From the NCBI GenBank assembly GCA_963705305.1, contig OY970067.1, positions 3,808,001 to 3,872,000 of the forward strand: a stretch of 64,000 nt of DNA, in the 5' to 3' direction. Made by a program: the position numbers and the translations under genes. Of this stretch, positions 41,751-52,194 are shown in pieces. Each line of letters starts with the position of its first letter. The stretch's first letter is position 1. The stretch is from an uncultured Methylomirabilota bacterium (lineage in GTDB: Bacteria; Methylomirabilota; Methylomirabilia; Methylomirabilales; 2-02-FULL-66-22). The notes under the pieces are model-generated. The model was not told the DNA's origin. It ran no database searches and saw only the letters and a program-made list of their open reading frames with translations.

Positions 41751-42176
41751 TCAGGAGGAAAGGGGTGGGGCGGCCGCCAGAAAGTCCTGGGCCTTGGCCA
41801 GCAGGTCGCGAGCGGTCTGGAAGGTCACGCGCTTCAGCGCCTCCGGGTAGGGCAGCCAGACATATCCGCAATGCTCGTGAGACAGCGTCACCTCGCTCGC
41901 TTGGGTCGACGCCAGGAAATAGATCACCTCTTTCAGTCGGGCCTTGCCGGCTTTGCGGTAGACGTACTGCATGCTCTGCCGGAATCCGGGGATGAACCGG
42001 GCCTCCCGAATACCGGTTTCCTCTGCCAGTTCCCGCCGCGCAGTGGTCAGCGGGTCCTCTCCCGTTTCAATATGCCCTTTGGGGAAATCCCAATGGGTTC
42101 CGTAATCAAGGACGAGAAACTCCCGCGGGAGTCCGTCTCGAAAGAGAATGACGCCGGCGGAGACTTCGCGCTGCAT
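41751..42176 (-). CDS. NUDIX hydrolase (Ap4A asymmetrical hydrolase-like)
   Basis: WDFPKGHIETGE...ARRELAEETG, LSHEH. Confidence 0.9.
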   Translation of the reverse strand: MQREVSAGVILFRDGLPREFLVLDYGTHWDFPKGHIETGEDPLTTARRELAEETGIREARFIPGFRQSMQYVYRKAGKARLKEVIYFLASTQASEVTLSHEHCGYVWLPYPEALKRVTFQTARDLLAKAQDFLAAAPPLSS

Positions 42177-42289
42177 GGCGCCTCCACTCCACTTATACTG
42201 TGCCAAGCCCTTGGCTGCCAATCTTCTTTCGGATATCCCCTTGCGGGCCGCCGCGCCGGAGGCTAGAGTGTAGAGGAGCGGAGGATGCC

Positions 42290-42415
42290 ATGCGCCCTGG
42301 CGCGCCGAGGATCGGTCGAAAGGTTCCGCGAAGCTCCTATCAGCAGGACCGACGCACGATCCTGAAGCACGTTGCCAAGCTGCGAAAGATCAAGCCCGCC
42401 GGAAGGGGGAAGTGA
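42290..42415 (+). CDS. Very small basic protein
   Basis: GGAGG RBS; 41 aa, Arg/Lys-rich. Confidence 0.4.
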   Translation: MRPGAPRIGRKVPRSSYQQDRRTILKHVAKLRKIKPAGRGK

Positions 42416-42583
42416 CGCCCGTCCCGCAGCACGGAGCATGGCGCAGAGGGCACGGAGCATCCAGGTGCCCCGCGCGTGATGGCGAGACCCACTATGCCGC
42501 ATGCTCGTTGCTGCGTGTCCCCGATCGCCGATCCCTGATTCCTGACAACTGACCGCTCACCGATGCCTCCAAGGAGCCCCAGC

Positions 42584-43033
42584 ATGAATCAACATCGGAC
42601 ACTGCCGACCCGCGCGGACTTCCGATTCTGGCGATCCGAGACCGTCCGCTGGGGGGATATGGACGCCCTGGGGCACGTGAACAACGCCGTCTACTTTCAG
42701 TACCTGGAGTCCGCCCGGGTCGGTTACTTTGAGGCCCTGGGCCGGAACATGCACGGGTCCGGCGAGAGGCAGTTCGCGCCGGTGGTGGTGTCCCAAACCT
42801 TCAACTACCGTCGGCAGGTTCGATATCCGGAGGAGCTCGAGATCGGGGTCTGCTGCACCGAGTTCAGGCATCGGAGCTTCGTGCTGAGCTACGCCATCTT
42901 TCGGAAGGGCAGCGAGACGCTGCTGGGCGACGGCAGCACGGTCCTCGTCTGGATGGATTCCGCCGCCCGGCGGGCCGTCGAGGTGCCGGAGGACCTCCGC
43001 CGCGCCCTCGAAAGCCAGGGAGATCCCCCTTGA
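42584..43033 (+). CDS. Acyl-CoA thioesterase (4HBT/YbgC family)
   Basis: RWGDMDALGHVNNAVY. Confidence 0.92.
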   Translation: MNQHRTLPTRADFRFWRSETVRWGDMDALGHVNNAVYFQYLESARVGYFEALGRNMHGSGERQFAPVVVSQTFNYRRQVRYPEELEIGVCCTEFRHRSFVLSYAIFRKGSETLLGDGSTVLVWMDSAARRAVEVPEDLRRALESQGDPP

Positions 43034-43068
43034 AGGCCAAGGGAATCCCCTGTCGATTCCGAGAGTCC

Positions 43069-43968
43069 TTACGCGAACGGCGCCGGATGCCCCAGCAGGC
43101 GGGCGTAGGCCTCCAGGTATTTCTCGCGGGTCCGTGCCACAATCTCGGCCGGCAGCGGCGGCGGCGGCGGCTTTTGCGGCCATCGGATGGAGAGCAGGTA
43201 GTCCCGCAGAAACTGCTTGTCGAATGAGGGCTGGGGACCACCAGGCCTGTAGCCGTCCTTGGGCCAGAACCGGGAGGAGTCGGGGGTCAATACTTCGTCC
43301 ACCAGGATCAGCCCCGCTCCACAGCGTCCGAACTCGAACTTGGTGTCGGCCAGGATGATCCCCCGGCTCTCGGCCAGGTTCCGAGCCCGCCGGTAGACCT
43401 GGATGCTCAGATCTCTCAAACGCTCCGCCACGTCGCTCCCCACGCGCTGCGCCATGTAGGCGAAGGCCACGTTTTCGTCGTGAGTCCCGAGTTCCGCCTT
43501 GGTGGCCGGGGTGAAGATGGGTTCCGGCAGGCGGTCGGATTCCACCAAGCCGGCCGGCAGGCGGATGCCGCACACCGACCCGTCACGCTGATACTCCTTC
43601 CATCCCGACCCGCTCAAGTAGCCGCGAACCACGCACTCGAAGGGGATTACCTCCGCCTTCTTGACAAGCATGGACCGGTCCTTGAGCATGTCCACGTAGG
43701 GCCGGCAGGCCGCCGGAAACTCTTCGGCATTGGCGCTGAGTAGATGGGTGGGGCAGATTCCGGCGATCTGATCGAACCAGAAAGTCGAGATGTGGGTGAG
43801 AATCTTCCCCTTGTCCGGGATGGGGTCGTTCATCACCACGTCGAAGGCCGAGATTCGATCGGACGCCACGATCAGCAGGGCGTCCCCCAGGTCATAGATG
43901 TCCCGGACTTTTCCCCGCCCCCTGAGCGGGAGGGTCGAAAGCTGCGTTTCGAATAGCGCGGCGCCCAT
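43069..43968 (-). CDS. purC: SAICAR synthase
   Basis: [29 protein letters not shown]. Confidence 0.97.
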   Translation of the reverse strand: MGAALFETQLSTLPLRGRGKVRDIYDLGDALLIVASDRISAFDVVMNDPIPDKGKILTHISTFWFDQIAGICPTHLLSANAEEFPAACRPYVDMLKDRSMLVKKAEVIPFECVVRGYLSGSGWKEYQRDGSVCGIRLPAGLVESDRLPEPIFTPATKAELGTHDENVAFAYMAQRVGSDVAERLRDLSIQVYRRARNLAESRGIILADTKFEFGRCGAGLILVDEVLTPDSSRFWPKDGYRPGGPQPSFDKQFLRDYLLSIRWPQKPPPPPLPAEIVARTREKYLEAYARLLGHPAPFA

Positions 43969-44154
43969 GCTCTCCTCCGGAATGGTTCTTGGGGGTGAAC
44001 GACGAATCGCTCCATCCTAGCACAGCGCGGGCAGGGGCTGGAGAGAAATTTCTGCCGCGTTTCGGGATCCCGCCCGGAGCCCGTGCGTGCAGGGTCCGGC
44101 CGGGCAACCGGCACCATTTGCAGCGAGGCCTGCGTATGTTAGGATACGTGCATT

Positions 44155-46257
44155 ATGCCCACTCTGTGTAGACCGGCCACACGCCGGTTGCTGGTCGGCG
44201 CGTGGGTCGTGGTGCTGTGCTTCGGCCTGCAGTGCCGACCGGCCGCCGGATTCAGCGCGGATCCGGAGAAGGACCTGGCCCACCTCGACCGTTTGGAGAT
44301 CTTCCAGCCAGGCGAGCCGACCATTCTGTACTCCGTCCGGGGGGAGCCTTTCGCCACTCTGGCGCCCGAATACCGCATCTTCGTCCCGCTGAGCGGAATT
44401 CCCAAGCTGGTGCGCGAGGCCGTGCTGGACGTGGAGGATGCGCAGTTCTATCAGCACGGGGCCATCAGCTTGAAGGGGATGGCGCGGGCGGCGCTCCGCA
44501 ATCTGACGTCGGGCAAGGTCCGGGAAGGTGGGAGCACCATCACCCAGCAGTTGGCCAAGAGCCTCTTCCTCAGCCCGGAGCGGACGCTCAGCCGTAAGTT
44601 CAAGGAAATCGAATTGGCCGTGGAGATCGAGCGCAGGTACAGCAAGGACAAGATCCTGGAAATGTATCTGAACACCATCTACTTCGGGGGCGGGGCCTAC
44701 GGCATCGAGGCGGCGGCGCGGACGTATTTCAACAAGACGGTGGAACAGCTCTCACTGCCAGAGGCCGCGCTGCTGGCCGGACTACCGAAGGCGCCTAGCG
44801 CCTATTCCCCCTTCAACGATCTCAAGCGGGCGCGGGAGCGGCGGAATTACGTGCTGAAACGAATGCAGGAGGAGGGGCACATCACGGCGGCGCAGGCCAG
44901 ACTCGCCATGGCCCGTCCCGTGGTGCTGAGCCCGTTCTTCCGGGTGCGCGGCGCGGCGCCGTATTTCGTGGACTACGTGCGGAAGGAGTTGGTGGCGAAA
45001 TACGGTCCCGTCCAGGCGATGCGGGGCGGCCTGCGGGTGCAGACGACCCTGGACCTGGAGATGCAGCGGACAGCTGCGGAGATCCTGCGCAATGGGGTCA
45101 GGGATGTCGAGAGGACCTTGGCGGGTAAACGGAAAGCCGGCGCTCCCCCGCTGCCGGGGCTCGAAGGGGCCCTGGTGGCGCTGGATCCCGCGACGGGGGG
45201 AATCCGCGCCATGGTGGGAGGGGTGGACTACAACCGCAGCCAGTTCAACCGCGCGGTTCAGGCCCAGCGACAGCCGGGTTCGGCTTTCAAGCCGTTCGTC
45301 TACGCTACGGCCTTCGACCGAGGCTACAGCCCGGCGGGGCTCCTGGATGATTTTCCGATCAGCTACTCCATCCCGCAGGGGGACAAGCTGGTGGAGTGGA
45401 GCCCCGAGAACTTCGATCGCCAGTACCGCGGGCTTGTGACGCTGCGCCATGCGCTGGAGGACTCCATCAATGTTCCGACGGTCCGCCTGATGGAAGGGGT
45501 GGGCGTGGAGCCGGTGATCGCCCTCGCGCACCGGATGGGGATCACCTCCGAGCTTCGGCCGGAGCTGGCCCTGGCCCTGGGGGTCTCGGAGGTGAATCTG
45601 CTCGAGCTGACCTCCGCCTACGGCGTCTTGGCGGACCGCGGGATCCGGGTGGCGCCGAGTGGAATCGGGCGGATCCTTTCCCCCAACGGCAGCGTACTGG
45701 AGACGGTTGCTCCTTTCGGCGAGCGCGTCTTGCGGGAGGGAGTGGCGTTCATTGTCACCAGCATCCTCCAGGGGGCGGTGGAGCGGGGCACCGCCAAGCG
45801 GGCCAAGGTGCCGGGGTGGGAGGTGGCGGCGAAGACGGGAACCAGTCAGGGCGCGGACAACGTCTGGCTGATGGGCTACACCCCGACGCTGGTGACGGGG
45901 CTGTGGCTGGGCTACGATCAGCCCCGCTCTCTGGGGACGTACGAGAGTGCGGGACGGCTGGCGGCGCCCATCTGGGCGGAGTTCATGCGGGCCGTGCTGA
46001 AAGGGCAGACGCCGCAAATTGAGGCCATTCCTGAGAGCGTCTTCCCCGCCTACGTGGATTATCAGACCGGCGCCCCGGCCGAGGCGGGCAGTCCGGACGC
46101 GATTCAGGAATTCTTCCTGCGGGGAGATACCACGCCGGCGGGGACTGCCGGTATCCCCGGGCCCCCGCTCTCCCCCCTGCCCGGCACGCCCCAGGCGCCC
46201 CTTCCTCCTGTCAGCCAGCCGCTGGCACCTCTGCCCGCGGGTGCCGGCGACCGGTAG
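44155..46257 (+). CDS. Class A penicillin-binding protein 1A
   Basis: EDAQF, GGSTITQQ, RKFKE, QPGSAFKP, SIN, KTGT. Confidence 0.93.
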   Translation: MPTLCRPATRRLLVGAWVVVLCFGLQCRPAAGFSADPEKDLAHLDRLEIFQPGEPTILYSVRGEPFATLAPEYRIFVPLSGIPKLVREAVLDVEDAQFYQHGAISLKGMARAALRNLTSGKVREGGSTITQQLAKSLFLSPERTLSRKFKEIELAVEIERRYSKDKILEMYLNTIYFGGGAYGIEAAARTYFNKTVEQLSLPEAALLAGLPKAPSAYSPFNDLKRARERRNYVLKRMQEEGHITAAQARLAMARPVVLSPFFRVRGAAPYFVDYVRKELVAKYGPVQAMRGGLRVQTTLDLEMQRTAAEILRNGVRDVERTLAGKRKAGAPPLPGLEGALVALDPATGGIRAMVGGVDYNRSQFNRAVQAQRQPGSAFKPFVYATAFDRGYSPAGLLDDFPISYSIPQGDKLVEWSPENFDRQYRGLVTLRHALEDSINVPTVRLMEGVGVEPVIALAHRMGITSELRPELALALGVSEVNLLELTSAYGVLADRGIRVAPSGIGRILSPNGSVLETVAPFGERVLREGVAFIVTSILQGAVERGTAKRAKVPGWEVAAKTGTSQGADNVWLMGYTPTLVTGLWLGYDQPRSLGTYESAGRLAAPIWAEFMRAVLKGQTPQIEAIPESVFPAYVDYQTGAPAEAGSPDAIQEFFLRGDTTPAGTAGIPGPPLSPLPGTPQAPLPPVSQPLAPLPAGAGDR

Positions 46258-46285
46258 GCCGCGCCGGCCAAGGCGGAGTAGGATT

Positions 46286-47251
46286 TCACGGAATGAGCAG
46301 CACCTTTCCTGCGGTCTCCCGGCCTTCCAAAAGGCGATGAGCCTCCGCGGCCTCGCTCAGGGGGAGCGACCGGTGGATGTGGAGCCTGAGCTGGCCCGCT
46401 GCAATCCAGCCGAACACCTCGCGCGCCCGCTGGAGTAGCTCGTCCCGGGTGGCCGTGTACTGTGTCAGACCGGGGCGCGTCAGGAAGACCGCAAGCTTGG
46501 CCAGCCGGGCGGGATCGAAGGGGGGCACGGGCCCGCTGGACTGGCCGAAAAGCGCCAGCGTGCCCCGCAACCCCACGCACTGGAGGCTCTTGTCGAATGT
46601 GGTCTTACCCACGGAATCGTAAACGACGTTGACCCCCTTTCCGCCGGTGAATCGCATCACCTCCGCCTCGAAGTCCTGCTCGGCGTAGAGGATCACCTCG
46701 TCCGCCCCCGCCTCGCGCGCCAGCGCTGCCTTCTCCCTGGTGGAGACGGTCCCGAAGACGCGCGCCCCCCGTTGCTTCGCCAGCTGGATCAGGAGCAGTC
46801 CAACCCCGCCGGCGGCCGCGTGGACCAGGGCCGTATCACCAGGCCTCAAAGGGTAGGTGCTGGAGGCCAGATAGTGCGCGGTCATTCCCTGGAGAGTGGC
46901 GGCGGCGGCGGTGCGGGCGTCGATGGTCGCGGGGAGGGGGATCAAGCGGTCGGCGGTCACCACGGCATATTCCGCGTACGCGCCGAGGGACGGCGCATAG
47001 CTCACCCGATCGCCCACCGCGACCGCCGCGACGTCCGGCCCCACCGCGACGACCGTTCCAGCGGCCTCGCTGCCGGGGATCAGGGGCAGAGGGGCCTTGT
47101 ACAGGCCGGCCCGGAAGTAGCAATCGAGGAAGTTGAGGCCGATCGCCTCCACCTTGACGAGCGCCTGCCCGGGCCCGGGTGTCGGCTGGGGGATGTCCTC
47201 GGAGCGCAGCACCTCGGGCCCCCCCACTCCATGTATGCGCACGGCTTTCAT
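46286..47251 (-). CDS. qor: NADPH:quinone oxidoreductase (zeta-crystallin family)
   Basis: GGPEVL, HAAAGGVG, YDSVG, FGQSSG, GKVLL. Confidence 0.9.
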   Translation of the reverse strand: MKAVRIHGVGGPEVLRSEDIPQPTPGPGQALVKVEAIGLNFLDCYFRAGLYKAPLPLIPGSEAAGTVVAVGPDVAAVAVGDRVSYAPSLGAYAEYAVVTADRLIPLPATIDARTAAAATLQGMTAHYLASSTYPLRPGDTALVHAAAGGVGLLLIQLAKQRGARVFGTVSTREKAALAREAGADEVILYAEQDFEAEVMRFTGGKGVNVVYDSVGKTTFDKSLQCVGLRGTLALFGQSSGPVPPFDPARLAKLAVFLTRPGLTQYTATRDELLQRAREVFGWIAAGQLRLHIHRSLPLSEAAEAHRLLEGRETAGKVLLIP

Positions 47252-47299
47252 CGTCTCTCCTTTCCGGGGGCGCAGCCGACCGCGTGTCGGACCGGCGAG

Positions 47300-47361
47300 C
47301 CCCATTCCGAAAATATCTCACCGCCAAGGCGCCAAGAGGGCCCTGCCAATTTCGAAATTTG
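47300..47361. repeat. CGCCAAG/TTCGAA composite repeat, partial
   Basis: Reverse complement of 41078-41138. Confidence 0.8.
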
Positions 47362-47759
47362 ACCATGCCCTGGACGGCGGCGGCGTCCTTGGCCGCGGCG
47401 GCATCGCGGAGCTTTTCGGCCAAATTCTGCATGGTCGAGGCTTCCTTGACGAAGGCATCCCAGTTCTGCCAGATCTCCGGCTTGGCCTTGGACTTGTCGC
47501 TGAGGGATCCCTCCGGGAAGAGGACAGGGATGTGCATGGCGTTGACGGCCAGGGTCTCGGCATTGACGGCCACCGCCTCGATATTGCCCGCCTTGACCTT
47601 GTCCTGAATGTCCTTCCAGCTGGCCCCGTTCAACTTCATGAGTCGCTGGCGATTGGCGATCACATCGCCGGATCCCACCTTGGCGGCCTGCATGGCCGCG
47701 TAGGCCACGGTCCCGAAGAGAACCGCGCTGCCCAGCGCCAGCGCAACGAGAGAAGCCAT
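47362..47759 (-). pseudogene. Cytochrome c' (class II) truncated before CxxCH
   Basis: RQRLMK, LFPEGS, AKPEIWQNWDAF; sequence switches to the repeat after QGMVK. Confidence 0.75.
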
Positions 47760-48487
47760 GTGAGTCCGGTCGTCGGATCCGGAGTGATGTTGGGGACCAC
47801 AGAATTCTCCGGGCCGTTCTGGTTGCCGGCCAGGAAGCGGGAGTTGTCCACCGCCATGGTGAGGCCGCGCGGGGTGTGGCATTCCCCGCAGTGACCGACG
47901 GCCCGAACGAGGTACTCGCCACGGGCGGGGCCCGAGGTGGGGGCCGTTGGCGGCGGCGTCTCCTTGGGGGCGAATGCGGCCAGCCAGGCGGGGAGGAAGA
48001 CGCTTTCAAAAAAAGGGACGATGATCTTCTTGGGCTGGTTCGGTCGGTGGATGGGAGGGAGGGAGCGCAAGTAGGCCACCAGGGCCCGCAGGTCCTCCTC
48101 CGCCATGCCGTTGAAGACAGTATAGGGATGGACGGGGATCAGCCGTTCGCCATCGGGCCTTCGGCCCAAGCGGATGGCGGCGATGATCTCGTCGTCCGCC
48201 CAGGATCCAATGCCGGTTTCCCGGTCGGGAGTGATGTTCGAAGAATACACCGTACCGAACGGCCCGTCGTAACGGCGTCCCCCCGCGTTCAGGAGTGTTG
48301 ACGCCTTGCCCGGCTCGGTATGGCAGCCGCCTGCCGCTCCAAAGATATATTTCCCTCTGGCCAACACATCCGGCGGAAGCGGGGCCGCCGACGCTGAAAG
48401 AGCCAGACAGAGAATGCCGGCCCCGACGAGCAGGAGGGCCGCCGTCTGCCGGAGACCGAAGTCAGTCCAGAGCAGGGGTCGAGTCAT
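47755..48487 (-). pseudogene. Di-heme cytochrome c (gluconate/alcohol dehydrogenase cytochrome subunit-like), C-terminally truncated
   Basis: ARGKY..GGCHT, PFGTVYSSNITPD.ETGIG.W, RGEYL..HCGECHTPR, NITPD; similarity is lost after TGLTW. Confidence 0.7.
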
Positions 48488-48921
48488 GTTGCCTGTGCGC
48501 GCTTCGTCTTCTGGGATTGGGCCAAGGTTGCCGGACTATAGCACGGCAACCCGGTTGCGCCTAGCATGCAGAACCGGTCAAAGGGCGGGGAAGTCTGTAG
48601 GCTCATTCACCGATTTTACGCATCCATGCGGCTCGGCCGATTTCCCGCCGGGAAGGGTATTCAGGGGGTCTCGGCAACCCTTCCATTCAGGGTGCATTGA
48701 CAAGTGTGCAACCCGCAGGTATATAAGGTTTACAAAATTGAGTAAGTCCGCCTGATGAAGGGACGCGACGGCTCTTGGGTCGGGCATTGGTCGCCCGACT
48801 GGATGGCTGAAATCGCGTCCGCAGGCCATTCGGCCCTGTGGCGGATCATCAGTGCACCCGGAATGTCCGGACCGACCTTCCAGGGGGCCACCCAAGCCGC
48901 GGGAGAGAACTGGGAACGCCC

Positions 48922-51900
48922 ATGGCCAGATTCTCCCTTTCCAGTCTTCGGACTCGTTTGCTTCTGCTGGCGGTGATTGCCGTGGTCCCGGCACTGGCCC
49001 TGATCATCTCCGCGGGGCTGGAGCAGCGACGGCACGCTGCGACTGATGCGCAGCGGGAGTCGCTGATGTTGGCGCGCTCGACAGCCGCCGAGTACGGGCG
49101 GGACAGCGAGGGCATCCGGCAGCTGCTGATCGGCCTGGCGCAGGCTCCATTCGTGTGGTCGCCCAAGCCCGGTCGCTGCGATTCCTTTTTCGCCGATCTC
49201 CTGAAGCGTTTTCCTTCCTACGCCAATGTCGCCCTCGCCGGGCTGGACGGAAATGTGGTGTGCAGCGGGCTACCGTTCCCACGTCCGGTCAATATCAAAG
49301 ACCGTACGTTCTTCCAGAAGGCCGTTCAGACCAGGGATTTTGCCGTCGGGGAATACCAGATCGGTCGCATCACCGGCAGAGCCGAGCTCAACTTCGGGTA
49401 CCCGGTTCTGAACGCCGGCGGCGACATCAGAGCCGTGGTTTTTGCGGCGCTTGATCTGAACCGGCTGATCCGGGTCGCGGCCGAGGCGTATCTGCCTGCC
49501 GGGAGCACGGTGACCCTGTTGGATGGCTCCGGGAAGGTCCTTGCTCGCCGTCCGGATCCGCAAAGGTTGGTGGGACAGATACTGCCGGAGGCGGCACTGA
49601 TCCGCGCGGCGGCGGCCGAGAAAGGGGAGGGGACGATCCAGCTGGCCGGCCTCGACAACCGTCCCCACATTTACGCCATAGCCCCTCTACGCGGCCTTTC
49701 AGGGGGGGGAATCACCTGCGTGGTGGCGATTCCCACCCGCCTGGTCTTCACCGAGGCCGACAGACTCCTAGTCCGCAACCTGGTGGGGCTGGGGATCGTG
49801 GGTCTATTGACGCTCGTCTTGGCGTGGGTAGGTGCGGACGTGTTCGTCCTGCGCCAGGTGAATGCCCTCACGCGCACCGCTCAGAAATTGAGCGATGGCG
49901 ACATGAGCGCCCGAACAGGGATGCGCCCCGGATCCGGAGAGCTGAGCCGGCTCGCCGGCACGTTCGACCACATGGCGGCGTCGGTCGAGCGGCACCTGGC
50001 GGCCCAAAAACAGGCGGAGGATGCGCTGAGGCGGGTCAACCTGCTGCTGAGGACGATGAGCGAGTCGAACCAAGCCCTGGTGTGCGCAAGGGACGAGGTC
50101 AGCCTCCTCCATCAGATTTGCCAGATCGTGGTTGAGGTCGGCGGGTACCGGCTGGCATGGGTCGGCGTCCCGGATCAGGACCAGAACAAGAGCATCCGCC
50201 CCGTGGCTCAGTGGGGGTACGAGGCCGGCTACCTCGAGACACTCAATCTCTCGTGGACGGAGAGGGAGCGGGAGGACGGGCCCACCGGCAGGGCGATCCG
50301 AACGGGTCAACCTATCCTGACCAAGGATATCCTCACGGATCCCCGCTTTGCCCCGTGGCGTGCCGAGGCCGTCAAGCGGGGCTATGTCTCGTCACTGGCG
50401 CTTCCGATAAGGGCAAATGGGGAGATTTTGGGGGCCCTCAGCGTGTACGCGGCAGAGGCCAACCGATTTGACGAGGAGGAGATCAAGCTCCTCTCGGAGC
50501 TCTCGGACGATCTGGCCTATGGGATTGAGTCGCTGCGCACGCGAGTGGCGCGGCAGCTGGCGGACACCGAGCGGGCCGCCCACGCCCATCGGCTGGAGGT
50601 GGTGCGCGCGATCACCACGGAGCTCACGCGGGAGCTGGACCTGACCACCCTGCTGCAGTTAATCGTCCGGGAGGCGGTGGGGCTGGTGGGAGCCGATTCG
50701 GGGATGCTGCGCCTCTTGGACGCGGACGGCCAGACGCTCGTCCCGCACGCCTGGACCGGCTACGGCACCGCCCGACCGGATCTGCCGCTCGCGCTCGGCG
50801 AGGGGGCGAGCGGGACGGCCGCCCGGCGGCGGGCCGGCCTCTGTGTGAACGATTTCCGGACGTCCCCTTACGCCACGGCTGCCCTCCTGGAGGCGACGAC
50901 TCACCACGCGGTCCTGGCCGAGCCGCTGCTCTACCGCGAACGGCTGTTGGGCGTCATCAACGTAAACCTCGAGGAGGCGGGCCGCCCCTTCACCCCGGCG
51001 GACCAAGAGATGCTGACTCTGTTTGCGAGCCAGGCCGCCATCGCCATCGAGAACGCCAGGCTATACGAGGAGACCCGCCGCCACGCCGCCGCCCTGGAGG
51101 AGCGGGTCGCCGAGCGGACGGCGGCGTTGGAGCGGGCCAACCGCGAGCTCGCCGCCGCCTCTCAACACAAGTCGGCGTTTCTCGCCAACATGTCCCACGA
51201 GATCCGGACGCCGCTCAATTCCGTCCTTGGCTTTGCCCAGGTCCTGCAATTGCAGACGGCGAATGTCCTGTCGGAGAAGCATACCCGATTCCTGAACAGC
51301 ATCTATTCCAGCGGCCTGCACCTCCTCAGCCTCATCAATGACATCTTAGACCTGTCCAAGGTTGAGGCAGGAAAGATCAGCCTCCGGCCGCAGCCCCTGC
51401 CCGTGGCCTCGACCGTGGAGGACGTCCTCGTCATTGCGCGGGGCCTGGCCAACAAGAAGTCGCAGACGATCGAAGTGGATATTGCCCCCGACCTGCCGAG
51501 CGTTCCCGCCGATCCCGTGCGCTTCAAGCAGATCCTGTTCAACCTCCTCTCCAATGCTGTGAAGTTCACCCCCGAAAGCGGGCGGATCACCCTCACGGCC
51601 CGCACGCTCGTAGAGGCGCCGGGGCGTAGAGGCGCCGAGGCGCAGGGAGACACGGGAGACAACTCACCCCGGCACCCCGGCACCCCGGCACCCCGGCAGT
51701 TCCTCGAAATCGCCGTGACCGATACCGGGATCGGGATCGAGGCCGAAGACCTTCCCAAACTTTTTCAGGAGTTCGTCCAACTCGACGCCGCGCGAAACCA
51801 GTCGCATGAAGGCACCGGCCTTGGCCTCGCCCTCACCAAACGGCTGGTCGAACTCCATGGGGGACGGATCTGGGCCACCTCGGCCGGTGAAGGACAGGGG

Positions 51901-51945
51901 AGCATGTTTACTGTCCTGCTGCCATTCGCCGGGTCGGGAGTCTGA
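48922..51945 (+). CDS. Sensor histidine kinase (Cache-HAMP-GAF-GAF-HisKA-HATPase)
   Basis: 2 TM segments; FLANMSHEIRTPL, NLLSNAVKFT, DTGIG, GTGLGL. Confidence 0.93.
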   Translation: MARFSLSSLRTRLLLLAVIAVVPALALIISAGLEQRRHAATDAQRESLMLARSTAAEYGRDSEGIRQLLIGLAQAPFVWSPKPGRCDSFFADLLKRFPSYANVALAGLDGNVVCSGLPFPRPVNIKDRTFFQKAVQTRDFAVGEYQIGRITGRAELNFGYPVLNAGGDIRAVVFAALDLNRLIRVAAEAYLPAGSTVTLLDGSGKVLARRPDPQRLVGQILPEAALIRAAAAEKGEGTIQLAGLDNRPHIYAIAPLRGLSGGGITCVVAIPTRLVFTEADRLLVRNLVGLGIVGLLTLVLAWVGADVFVLRQVNALTRTAQKLSDGDMSARTGMRPGSGELSRLAGTFDHMAASVERHLAAQKQAEDALRRVNLLLRTMSESNQALVCARDEVSLLHQICQIVVEVGGYRLAWVGVPDQDQNKSIRPVAQWGYEAGYLETLNLSWTEREREDGPTGRAIRTGQPILTKDILTDPRFAPWRAEAVKRGYVSSLALPIRANGEILGALSVYAAEANRFDEEEIKLLSELSDDLAYGIESLRTRVARQLADTERAAHAHRLEVVRAITTELTRELDLTTLLQLIVREAVGLVGADSGMLRLLDADGQTLVPHAWTGYGTARPDLPLALGEGASGTAARRRAGLCVNDFRTSPYATAALLEATTHHAVLAEPLLYRERLLGVINVNLEEAGRPFTPADQEMLTLFASQAAIAIENARLYEETRRHAAALEERVAERTAALERANRELAAASQHKSAFLANMSHEIRTPLNSVLGFAQVLQLQTANVLSEKHTRFLNSIYSSGLHLLSLINDILDLSKVEAGKISLRPQPLPVASTVEDVLVIARGLANKKSQTIEVDIAPDLPSVPADPVRFKQILFNLLSNAVKFTPESGRITLTARTLVEAPGRRGAEAQGDTGDNSPRHPGTPAPRQFLEIAVTDTGIGIEAEDLPKLFQEFVQLDAARNQSHEGTGLGLALTKRLVELHGGRIWATSAGEGQGSMFTVLLPFAGSGV
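51667..51698 (+). repeat. (CCCCGGCA)4 tandem repeat within the kinase CDS
   Basis: Four exact 8-mers. Confidence 0.9.
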
Positions 51946-52194
51946 TTGCGGAATGCGGACTCGTCAGCACGGCGGCGGGGGCACGCAGGCAACCAAAGCC
52001 AGGAAAGCCCCGACAGCATCGCAGCGCATGCCTCCGCCGCGGCAGAGTCTCCCGACCTCGTGCGCTCCGGTGCCGGGATGCCGGGCCCGGAGGATTCGCT
52101 CTCTGCGAGCCGTGAAGCGGATGAAGGAGCCGGGGCGGCTGACCAGGAACGTGGGCCCAGCGGGGCGAGGTGATTCACCCAGCGGAGGCGGGAT

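Noticed and set aside
46836..47882. 348-aa ORF as one protein
   Set aside because: It is a chimera of the truncated cytochrome c', a repeat and out-of-frame qor
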